Shown: positions 45,627 through 57,514 of the stretch, one piece after another
Numbering within the stretch: the stretch's first letter is position 1
Layout of the letters: each line of letters begins with the position of its first letter
From: Vermamoeba vermiformis
Taxonomy: Eukaryota
Assembly (NCBI GenBank): GCA_045837725.1
Contig: JBEWZL010000035.1
Location: 1-63,213 of the forward strand
Direction of reading: 5' to 3'
Length of the DNA stretch: 63,213 nt
Notes under the pieces: generated by a model
Database searches by the model: none
What the model was told of the DNA's origin: nothing
Seen by the model: the letters and a program-made list of their open reading frames with translations, nothing else
Program-made: the position numbers and the translations under genes

Positions 45627-45761
45627 ATGGCACAGAGACAAGGATGTCGACTATGCGGGAAATATCCCATAAAAACTAAAAGGCAACGGATTCGAATCCC
45701 CGGTTGGCCGAAACGCAAAAAATTGCATGTTTGCTTCGCCTGTTGGCGAGCACAAAATTAG
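45627..45761 (+). CDS. 44-aa basic CxxC-x25-CxxC zinc-finger micro-ORF, or last exon of a decayed gene
   Basis: MAQRQGCRLCGKYPIKTKRQRIRIPGWPKRKKLHVCFACWRAQN*. Confidence 0.4.
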   Translation: MAQRQGCRLCGKYPIKTKRQRIRIPGWPKRKKLHVCFACWRAQN

Positions 45762-46257
45762 TTGCTAGCTAAACATCCTGCCTGTCTGCTTGTGATGCAC
45801 TTATTTTTTTACCCATCATGCGTATCTAAAAGATTGGACCGCTGTAATTCTGCAATTTTTACTGGCTGACGTTTTGGGACAGGAATTATTTAGCGATAAA
45901 TCACCTTCAAATCACCTTTTCTGCCGTGTAAATCTCATTTCACTTAAATGTTTCTATAAATAGTAATGGCGTTAAGTCCAGATTGTGGTGATTCGTATGT
46001 GATTTATCGATTATTAGTCTCAAATGCGAGTTAAACGGCGAATCGTAATCATGATCCGCCTTAAAATTTATGAAGATTTTATTTAGCTGCCAGTATGTGG
46101 CGATAAATATCATGTGCGAATGGATTATATTAACCGCCAGTTTCACGTGCAAGATGGCAACGGGACATAAAAAATCCTTGTGATTGACAGCGGATCCAAC
46201 CATAAAAACGCAAAATTCTGTTCATTTCAATTTCAATTTGATCTATAATAACACAAT

Positions 46258-48892
46258 ATGAATACGAACAAAAAATTGTATTTATTTGTCGCTCTTGCAG
46301 CGCTGACTTTCGTCACCGTCGTGGATTCGCAAATGCTGCATACCAAGCCAGTGCATACTGTGACGGTGAATGGCAAATACTACGACACTTACGCAAAGGC
46401 AGGCACCGAGATTACATTCAAGGCAGTCGTTACGGATGCGAATGGAGATCTGACCAACCACACCATCGAAGTTCGTCGTCCTGATGGCAAAATGAGCTAC
46501 GACGGATGGTTAACGGGCGCTGAATGGCAGCCAGGTGTCGAAGGCGATGGTTCTCAATCAGTTAAAACAGCTAAGGTCACTGTAACTGATGTTGGTAAGT
46601 AACACTCGATTTTGAATTTGGATCGTCCGCTCAAAAGATTTTAATTCCACTAAATTCTTTATTCTATTACATTCCACTAGTAATTGCAACAAGATATTAT
46701 TATATTATTTCGAGTTAGGTTACCAATGGAGTTAAATCTGCGAATCTTTATTAATGAATTTCAACAAGCATCGAGATCTGTTAACAGCGACTAATAATGC
46801 GTATATTCAGGCTCGTATAACTTCGTAGCGCGTGCTACAAATGCGGAGGATACCAATGTTTACGATAGCAACATTCTTCGAGTAATTATTCTTGCCGACG
46901 ATCCGGTCACCGATGATTACGTCCCTGATACGATCTTCTTCCCCGATGGAACAGTCAATCGAGCAGAATTTGAAAAATATTGGGCTAATTGGACGCCTAA
47001 AGCAATGTCTAAGCGACTTGGCCCTACTTTTGCCGAACTTCATCCGGATGCCGCTGAAGATCGTCCAACGATTCCTCAACCTGGCACTTGGACTTGCCCG
47101 ACTTCTTATGTCAACAAATATAGTCCTTATGAATTCGGTGCTCAAGGCTGCGCAGGAGATAACGACTACTGGTCTACCGCTGGTCAAGTCGGATACGTTC
47201 CGGTAACCGAAGGTGACCCTGGCATGGACCGCGTTCAAGTCTTAGCTTACTACGACAATGTATATGCCTTGTCACCTCGTTGGGACTTCCCTAGTGGTCA
47301 ACCACATCCAGATCCACAAACGAGAGCCGCAGAGTACAACGGCAGCGCTCAATTCCCAGTGGCTTCAAAACGAAATTACGCGCAGTTACAAAATGAGGCT
47401 TTGACAGTGTACAGAAGTGGCTTGCTCGGAGTTAATGGCTTGCAGACTTCACGCGAAGGTGGTCTTTTTCCTGGTTTGAAATTTCCGTCGCACTTGATCC
47501 CGACAGATCTCGCGGTTACAAGTGGCAACGAATTGGCGTTAGTGACCCTTTGGGATACTGAAACACTAGTCGGCAAGCTCGCAGTTGTTGCTATTGAAGC
47601 CAAACACATTCCGTTCCACACTACGCAGTTCTTGGGCATGCCGAACCAAGGCTCATTCTCGGATCTGGTCTTATTAGGCTATGTTAACCTTCCAATGGTC
47701 GCTCCAAGCTCCGTAGATGCTGCTAGTAATCAAAGGTACGTTCAAATTATCCGTTACAAAATATTTCCTTATTCGGAAAGTCATTTCAACATTTGGATCT
47801 AACACTTTAACTCACAGATGGCAAGGTCCTAGTGATACTGCTGGCTTGACATTGGGTCAATTAGACTTCACTGACCCAGCACTCCGTCTTGGATTGTACA
47901 ACGGATCTTGGAATTACGTAGTGGCAGACAAAGGCTACGCTATTGTAGCCAGCAAGCTCGAGAACAAAGTCTGCATCGTCGATTTAACGCCAGTGCTGCT
48001 TGAATTTCGCGAAGCATGGTTGATGAATTTCGACGAAACTCTTGCTGCTAGATCCGCTGGCACGTGGCCACCTATGTTTGACTCCGATGCCGTAGACGTA
48101 CCTGCTGCTAAAGGAGCCCATGGACCCAATTCAGTAGCATCACCTGCCTCTCGCCATACTTGGAGTGATATGTTGCAATCGATCAAAGTTGTATGGAGCT
48201 CGGAGAATTACCGGGAAGAACCTGTCGTGAAGAAATCTGCAAAGCGTTCAGTGAAACAACTTGCAAAACCGCAAATACTCGAAACCTACGAGATGGACCA
48301 GCCTGTAGCAGTTATAGCTGGAAAATGGATCGATCGATGGACTGCCGATCGATTCAAAGCCCACGTGGCACTTGCAAACGGATCCGTCGTTATTTTGGAC
48401 ACATCGTCTTTATTGGCGCGATATGACTACCAGATCAACGAACCACTGAAGATTATGGGCTCGTTCCCTGTTTGCGAAGGTCCGACCAACATCGTTCCCG
48501 CTCGATTTGCCACCCGAAATTTACCGCTACTTCCCAAAAATGGAAATAATCCAGATACTGTTCAGTCAGATCCGGTCAACAATCACTTCTACGTCGTTTG
48601 CAGAGGCTCGCGTCAAGTCGCTGGAGTTATAACTCAAGGCGGTGAAGGAGCTGTTTACATGCGTTATCAAGACATTAGGCTAGAAGATCCGGTCAATGCC
48701 GCCGTCGCGGATCGCGGAAATGTTTTGACCATAACGGACTACAATGGCAGAAAAATTCTTAGTTTCAATCTCGGCAGCATTACTGACAGACATGGTCGCT
48801 ATTATCCAGCTCCGGCTGAAGGCTATAGTTACGTCGGAGAATTGCCTCTCGCTGGTTATCCTTTCCTAATTAGTGTTGCGAACGTCAACTAA
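46258..48892 (+). CDS. large secreted protein (Ig-like N-terminus plus probable beta-propeller), bacterial-like
   Basis: Signal peptide; only two evident introns in 2.6 kb; beta-rich repeats (PTDLAVTSGNELALVTLWD, DPVNAAVADRGNVLTITDYNG). Confidence 0.8.
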
Positions 48893-49164
48893 TTACACTG
48901 TAATTGTTAGTACTAGTAGTAAATCTTTTGTTTTGTCAATTTATACTATTGGGACCCATTCCGAGACCTGTTATTATTGCGAAGGACTCGGCAAGACAAA
49001 AGTTGACGAATGTAAGTTAAAGCGTGTAGAATAAATAAAACAGTATTGTAATACTTTAATAAACCTTCAGAAATTACGGAACTTAAGAAAACTAGATTGA
49101 TGATAGGTTTTTATTTGATACAATTACAATTGCTAAATGATAATTCTACACGTTTGAAAATTCT

Positions 49165-52100
49165 TCACACGTCCAACGTTTCTTTCTTCTTATCTTTGTC
49201 TTTGCCACCCTGTTCTTTCTTCTTGGGAAGTTCCCCGTACATGTCGATAATTGCATTCAACAAATGAATCATCTGCGCTGATTTCTCTTCATCTTCAATC
49301 TGTGTGAATCGTTCACGAATCTTGTTTTCGTTTCGTATAATGTGTTCGTGCAAGTACGCGAGTGAGTTGAGTCGAACTTCGCTTGGCAGTTCAAGATCCA
49401 TTTTCACTTTCGCTTGTGCTCGTTCTTGTGGATTCTAAGAAAAAAAAATATAAGTCTCATTTGCTATCAAGAGATGTTCTATTTGTAAAAGGCTGTTTGG
49501 ACGCGTCAAAATAAAACAATAAAAAAATAAAAATATTACCAAAATGCTGCGATAAAAGTCGGCAATCTTAGGTCTGTTTCGATTGAGGAAGTCGCTCAAG
49601 TTCTCCATATACGCTTCTTTGTTGTTCGTGGCCATGTTCGCAAGTGTTTGGAGCACTTTAGCAATCAGAACAAGTTGTCGTTGCGCCACTGGATTTGGTG
49701 CTTCATGGAGAAGGCCGTAGTAGTGAGGAGCTGTCAGCGCTGGGCCGATGTAACTACGAGAAGACATCAAACATTAGACATTTCCTTATTTGGTAATAAT
49801 ATCACGCAGCCACTCACCGCAAGAACAAAAGACCACCAATGGCTTTGAATACTGCATCTTCATTACCAAATTTGTCCATGATAGTGTATGACATACGAGC
49901 AAAGATTTGACGGAATTCACTGAACGAAGAAGTCAGTCACGTGATTGACCAATTAGCGCGGCATTTAACTTACTTTGGTACTTTGTCGTCACCGTTCTTG
50001 ATCACTGTGAAGATCTTTTGACAGGCAAGAGCGAGTTGATAAACATTCTGATCGGTGTCAACACTCGCATCTTTGATCTTGTTCGGATCAACTTCCATTT
50101 CAATCTGAAGCAACGATGCTCCTTTGTCGTCGCTGTTCATTCTGTCTGCTTCTTTCATCGCTTTTGCTGCCACTGTGTTGAGTTCATTCACGACTATTGA
50201 ATGAACAGCGTTAGCCGGTGTTATCACTTTGACACTTTGACACTTTGACATTTTGACACGTTACGTGTCAGAAGTATTGAAATGTCGCTCACCTCTTGCC
50301 AAAGTGGACCACAAGTACTTTGTACCAACGAGTTTCGAGTAGTACTTGAACATCTTGCTGCCAATGCTGTTCAAACGGAAGATGGTGTTCTCGCTCGATG
50401 CTTTTCGTGCTTCTTCTGACACAAAGTACTGCAGCATTTCTGCACCTTGTTGCTTGTTTTGAGCCAAGAAGATCAAGTACTTTGCAACCTGTTTGAAACG
50501 GAGTCATTAGCGCATTTGCTTCAATGAATCGATGTCGAACTTACAGCGTCTTGTTCAGTAGGCGCAGTGACTTCTGCAACTGCATCAACAAAAGTTCTGT
50601 CACGACTCATCAGAACATCTTCTAGTTGTCTACGCAAAGATGTATAATCAGTAAGTGAACGATAAGAACATCAATTTGAAGTACTCACTGATAGTCGTCT
50701 TTGGCATTGATCTTGTATTTAAGTGTCAAGTCAGTTTGATAAGCCACCATCAAATAATCAGGCTCCACAACTTCAACGATCAATCCGCCACGACGTTTTC
50801 GCCAGCGCATGAACAGGATCAACAGCACTGTGCCTGCAATCAGTGCCGATCCACCAACTACAACTCCTGCAACCAATCCTGCAACGTCAATGGCTGCACT
50901 ACAGTTTTCAGCCCAAAGCTCGGGAGTGCCGCATGTTGCTTGCGTTGTGCACGTGTTTGATTCTGAGCACCAGCCACAAAGATTCTTTGCGATACATTGA
51001 GAGCACGATGTCAGTTGAGAGCAGTCTGTTTGGTGTAGGTTGTTAGCATTGTTGAGTGATGATAATGCGCCAAAGTGACTTACCAACGAAAGTGAACGGC
51101 ACTGGTCCAGCAATCGAAGTACTTTCGAACAACAATCTGAAGTTCAAACTGCTCTCAAAGATTACTTTTGGAGGTGTGCACATCAGTGACGAAGAGTTGA
51201 CAATTGTTGCAGATACTTTTGGAACTCCTTCGAACTCGCAAAAGAACGAGTCTGAAACTGATCTCTTCTTTGTTGTGGTCGTTTCGTTTGGCACCACTGA
51301 AGCAAGCGCAACAAATGGATCGATGGAGGGGTTGACTTCGATAGTCAGTGTGTCGTTGCCGAACAATGTTGCGTAGTTTGGAGAAACTGTCAGATCTGAA
51401 AAAACAATTAACTTTAGCTTAGTCATGATAAATGAATTAACAACAATAACACTCACCAATGCATTGTCGCAAAAAGAACTCTTCAGAGCCTGTGCATCGA
51501 GTTTGAGGACCACACGACTTGGTTGTCAAGCACCAACCACAGTACGGTGAGTCTGACATGCATTGTGACTGACATCCTGATCCTGTTGAGAACGAGTTGC
51601 AGCCTAAAAGTAATTGTGTCAGATGATGCCATATGATAAGATCTCTATGCTCGCTTACTGAAGAAGGTGAAGTTGAGAGGAGCGTTTGGTGCAATATCGT
51701 CACCGTTCAACAACACACGTAACTGAACGTCACCAATCAAACGACGGCGAGAAGGCGTGACACAAGTCAAGATGTTTGCATTGACAGCATTAATAGTCGT
51801 GCTATCAGCAGGCTGATCATCGAACAAGCACGTGTACGAAAAGTCAGCACGGTTGAAGAACGGTCCGCCAGAAACAACGACTGTTTCGCCTCCCTCGAAG
51901 TATCCGTAGTTTGGAGTAACGCTGTCGAGGGCTAGTTATGTTGTTAGTAATGCGTGATAGTGAAAAAGAAATTTCAAGACGTACTTGGGCACTGAGTTTG
52001 AGTGATATCACCAGCGTTACATTCAAATGCACAATACTGAGTGCACCAATTGCAACGAGTATTCGTCGGGGCCAAACACTCATTACAGCCACTCGTGATT

Positions 52101-55100
52101 ACGTTACAATCTGTTAGTGGAAAAGATGAGTACATTGATCATTTCGGTGTGGTCAATTGTCGTCGTACCGTAAAAAGTGAAAGAGACCTGGTTTGTGTAG
52201 ACCAGTCCGTTGACTGAAATATAGGCGGGAACGACGCCAACAGCAGCAGGAACAGTCACGCACGTGACACTGTTATCAGTGTAGTTCGCTGCGGGAACGG
52301 AGAGATTGCCAAAGAAGCACTTGACACTGGTCAAACTGCTGACTTGCGAGAACGAGAACGAGCCACTGAACACCACCACTTCATCGCCAAGTGTTGATGC
52401 ACTCGATGGAGTGGCACTTGTGATCGTTGGACACGTGGATGAGTTGCTCGATGTAGCTTGTGCTGCACATGTTGTACTGCCTTCGTGGAAGCACTGAAGG
52501 TTTGTGCCGCACCACGAACATGTTGGCTTTAAATCAGAAGCACAGTCTGAACACGAAGTTGCAGAGCAGTCTTGAGAGAAGCAATTAGCCAAGTGAAATT
52601 GAGGCAAAAAATCACGTGCTTACCGTAGACGAGAATTGGTGCGTCAGGAGTCAATCGCTGGTAGCTTCCGCCGCCAATGTCAGCCCAAACGCTCACTCTA
52701 GTCGTTCCAACGCTCAAGCTAGACTTTATAGGGCACGAAATGTACGTGCTGTTGGTGGGTGTTGCATCGGTCAAGTCAGAGAGTGTGACAGCTGTTCCAA
52801 CGTTCCAAGCACACTTCAAGGTTGGAAGCGTTTGTCCGTCGAACACAAACAAGCCACTAATGCGACTACACGAGAAATAGACATCAGTCTTGTGCTTTAG
52901 GCATAAGATTAATATGACTTACACAATGGTTGTGGCCAGATCGCCATAATAAACCGAGCTTGGGACCACATTGTTAATAGCTGATACAATATCATTAAAA
53001 CCTGTATTATGGCCGTTTAGTATTCATTGTTACTTACCAGGACAAGTTCCAGTTGTTGAGCACGAGGATGTTGCGTCAGCTTTGTAAATGCAAGAACGAA
53101 TGCTGCCAAAACAGAACGTGCAATCGTCACGAATCGTCACAGTGCCAAGTACATCGGTGCATGTTGAGCAGTCTTGAGCGTACAATGTACAATCTAGTGA
53201 CGCAGGTTAGATCAGGAAGGCAGCGAAGAGATCAATAATTACCGTAGAAAATGAATCCAGATGTCGAGGTGTAAAGCTTGCCATTGGCATGAACGTCAAT
53301 AGTTGTTTTGATCTCCGCTTGACCACCACGAAGTGTGTCCCATTGAGAGCGAATGTCAGGTGTGCGACAACTGATCGATGTGCTGCTCACTCTTGTGGCT
53401 TGTGTCTCGAACTGACCATCGAACACACACGTGTAATTTGCATTCGGAACGACTGTAGGTGAAATCGTCAAAGTGATCAGCTTGTCTGTGCAAAGAGATT
53501 AGTAATTAGCGCTGAGCGATGATGCGTCGAACTTACTTCCTCGAATGGATGCGCCAAGTGAAGAAAGCGATGTCACAGCTGAACAAGATTGGTTAGACAC
53601 TAATAGAATACGAGAATGTGATACTTACCAGGACAAGATCTGGTCCATGCATTGGCATCACATCGCTGAATCGATCCACAAGTCGAGTTTGTCAAACACA
53701 AACCACATTCTGTTTCGGTGAAGCATGAAGCGCAATCTGAACTTGCTGAGCATTCTGCATTCGCGTTTGAATGTTAGTTCATATGGAAAGAAATACAAAG
53801 ATGGATACGTACGATAGTAAGTGAATGAAGCAGAGTTTGTGGTCCACCAAGTGTTCTTCCAACGAATACGGAGATTCTTTGAGCCAGGTCCACTGCTCTT
53901 GGGACTAACACACTGCAAGCTTTGGAACTGAAGGTTGTTGACCAGTGTCACAGTCGATTCGTCCCACACGCAGCGGAAGTCAGCGGCATTGAGCAAATCA
54001 CCGGAGCTGTTTCCGAAAGTACTTGTGACATTGACCAATGTATTGCCGTCAATGGAGCCTCTAGCGGGGTCAAGTTTTTGAATTACTAATAAATAGAATT
54101 AGACTGACAAGCCTATTAAAATGACGGTAGGAGTGACTTACCAGGGCAAACGTAGAAGCGAGTATCTTGATACCATTGGTCAGGTTGAGAGCACTCTTGC
54201 GAAAGGGTGCAATTTCGCTCTTGGTTACAAAAACCGCAGTAAATGGCGTCCTCAGAGCACGTCAAGCAATCATAAATGGAACAACCTGAGTGAAATTTCG
54301 TAAGGATTTTCCGCGGATAAAACTCGACTGTGCACAACAAAACTTACTCGTGATTTGCAATTTGTACACTGCATCGCCAGATCCACTCTTGGTTGACCAA
54401 TACATCCAATTGTTTGCCACGTCGAAGTAAGTAAAACCGAAAGGCTTAGCAACAATATCAGCTAAATACACATTATTATTAATACGTTAGATTCTTCTTA
54501 GTATTTCGTGAATTGCATACCAGTTTGGCCAAAGTACTGCCAAGTTTGAGTCAGTCTTGTAATCGCTGATTGCGAGGTAGTTTTGTCTTGAGCGCCCATA
54601 AATACGACGTCATTAATAGCATCTGATTAAATGACATTAGCATTAACTCGCGAATGTTCGTTTTTAATGCTTACCATAGCCAATTGCTGACACGCTGACA
54701 CCAGTCTCGAAGTACAACTGTCTGCTGAGCAAATTGGCGTCGACCTATATCGTTATTAGCGCTATTGTTCAAATAGATATTGCTTGTAACGTACCTCGAC
54801 AGCAGATCCAACACTGTCACCGACCAAAAAGGAATTTCGACGAGGGTTATTCACGACTACGGTGATCTATTGCTTTAATTAGTCGCCTTCCGTGATATAT
54901 TGTTAAGTTATCGCAGTACTTACAGGATAGTTTCTTTCTGTAACGATAGCTGCATTTGATCCAACTTTGATTCCAACAGCCCCGACAGTTCCTCGAGTCG
55001 GTGTATCGCGGGAACCACCGAAAAAGACCTAAGATAACATATATTAACATCGTTCAGGCCCGTTAACAATGGATTTTAAGCTACATAATGTATAGCAAAT

Positions 55101-56135
55101 GAGTTACAATGAGCTCCAAAAAAGTGTCACAAATGTCATCGGGCTATAATTAGCTTAATTTCATCGATTCAATTGGGAACGTAATGCTGAGCTTAATAGT
55201 TTAGGTAGTTTACTTACGGTGTTCGTCGCGATGTCGATATCAATCGATATAAATCTATTGGTGAGGAAAATTGTTGCCGGGGAAACGATTCCTTTGCCGA
55301 TAGAATTTACAGCTCCAGAAACACCTGAATAGGCGACAATATCACCTGAAGAAGCGATATAAATCGTATCCGATTGTGGCGAATAAGCGCAATCCTAAAA
55401 AAATGGGATTAAGTTTAGGCGAATTATACGGTAATATCATAGTAATTTACTTACAGCATAAGTTCCAACGTACTGATTGAAACAAAAGCCGCAGCTAAAG
55501 CTTCCCAAATCAGTTGTTCCACCGCTTGGGTTAGATAACGAGAATCGATACACATTTTGGTTCATGCAAAAGAAACCTAATGTAGATTGATGAGTACAAA
55601 CGTATTAAAAATAATTGGGAAATAATTGTTTCAATTTGCACGAGATTTCCTTTTCGATCCCAATTTTCCTACCGTAGTTTTTCGCTGGGGCTACCATAAT
55701 TGCTCTTACTGCTGAAGATGCTGTGTATATTTTCTGTGCCGAAGCTACGTTATCGGGAGCATCAGTTAGCTGTTAAAATAACAATTAGTTCACTTTTCGA
55801 ACGGACCGCTTCTAGATGTGGACAAAATCTCAAGTCCACTTTCGGAAAGTTTTATCTTATATCATTCGTACCCGATAAATAGCGTTGTTGCCTCCCCAAA
55901 AAAAGATATTTTGTCCACTTGTCGGATCTGTGTAGTTTACGAAAGCCGTTAATCCAGCCATTCCTCCAATTGTTATAGGCGAGCCGATTTGCTACAATAA
56001 CATAAGTTTAAAGGCCAAAATCACATTGCTATTGTAACGTACCACCATGCCTCGATCTAAAATTGTTTGACACGAAACGAAAGCGAGCCAATAGGCCAAG
56101 CAAAGCACCGATACTAACGCGTACTTTGCCCCCAT
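49165..56135 (-). CDS. plexin-like single-pass receptor: signal peptide, beta-propeller, 7 PSI and 6 IPT/TIG domains, TM, RasGAP
   Basis: MGAKYALVSVLCLAYWLAFVSC signal; seven CxxC...CxWC/FC/LC PSI modules alternating with IPT-like domains; TM VAGLVAGVVVGGSALIAGTVLLILFMRWRKRR; RasGAP IFRLNS, FLRYIGPAL, LIAKVLQTLAN. Confidence 0.88.
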
Positions 56136-57027
56136 TAATAATCGCTTAATATTCCGAGCTCTGTTTTACAATGCAAAATCTAATCGTTAATTGTTTGCAA
56201 CGATTTTCCCACGCTTTTACTGAACACATGTCACCGATGTGCACGTGCGATTCGTTTTAAAATTGAATAACATTTGAACCTCAGTAAGATTACTGTAAAT
56301 ATATTTGCCAATATGTAGCACTGATGTCGTTCTAGCTGATCATAATACGGCTATTAGATCTACACGTAAGATTGTCCGAAAAGGAATACCGTTAATCAAG
56401 CACTCGGATAGTATTCTACTGACATACATACACTGGCGAGACGTTAAGAATCATAACGAGCCATAACCGTTCCAGTTCGAGTGGCTCGGAAGTTAGTTGT
56501 TACGTGTGGTTGTGCACAGAATTGATTCAGATTCTTTCTTTTCGTCTCGAGAGCGATTGCACAAGCTCGGCGTCATTTTGGCCAGTATTATGCTGCGTCC
56601 TCTGCTTCGTGCTGCAGCACGCTCTTTTTTGAAGTGCGGTAAGGAACAACCTAGTAAAATCAAACAAAATTAGTTCGGTTATAATTTATAATAGAGTTTT
56701 CCTATAATAAAGGGTCGCAGAACCCTTAGTTCCCAAATTTCTGTTCAAATGAAAATATTAATTTCTAGATTTTTTTTTTAAATAATACCTTCTCCACTCT
56801 TTACTTTAAAGATCAAGTGACGTGCATATTAATTAATACTAATATTATTTAATATGTTTGGCTAAATATTATCTTTATTTTGGAATTTTGTCAATCTGGC
56901 TGCCTCCGTTCCTTTTCGAAATCTAATTCCTCTCCTTATATCCTTAAAATATTTCGCTATACTTTGTAAAGGCTGTTTATTGGTCTTGTATTGCCTTCAA
57001 AGCAAAATATAATAACAATAATTTGTC

Positions 57028-57433
57028 TTACTGTTGCATGACGTTTGTATTGTTCGCAGTATTGTTGTTGTTCGTGTTATTAGCATTATTATTGGTATTT
57101 TGATTTAATTCTGTGACGTCGTTCAAATCCCAGTCCATCAACGCGATTGCCAGGCAATAACCGTGGCCGAAGTTGTGTTTAGAGTCGTTAATCATCGTCT
57201 TCATGCTATCTTTAGTGACTAAGATACTATTTTGATCGATCCAATCGTCAGCGACTGAATATTTTTCTTTGTAATAGGGCATTGACTCCTGATGCGGTCC
57301 ATCCACTTCTACAATCAACAAGTTTTCGCCTCTCTTCAATCGGTCTTGCAATTTTTTAAATCTTGGTGCTTTCTTGACTAATTCTACGAATACTGGTAAG
57401 TAGATCTGCTTTCTAGACGAGATGTAGTCCAGA
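57028..57433 (-). pseudogene. 3' half of an intronless giant-virus-like gene (DUF6939-like), interrupted by a transposon
   Basis: The frame runs LDYISSRKQIYLPVFVELVK...LLIVEVDGP...HNFGHGYCLAIAL right up to the CACTG terminus at 57434; family assignment is from memory of NCLDV proteins. Confidence 0.65.
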
Positions 57434-57514
57434 CACTGTGGTTAAAACACAATGTTTTTTAAAAAAAACAATGTTCGTAATAAAAAACCAGTGTTTATTT
57501 TAGTACATGATGTG

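Noticed and set aside
45688-45699. GGATTCGAATCC as a tRNA T-arm or structured ncRNA
   Set aside because: No cloverleaf could be built; the stretch reads better as the zinc-finger ORF, although some stems exist
50226-50258. (ACTTTGAC)x4 repeat
   Set aside because: Simple slippage repeat inside a RasGAP intron
56430-56960. Possible small minus-strand exons
   Set aside because: Could not assemble a convincing reading frame
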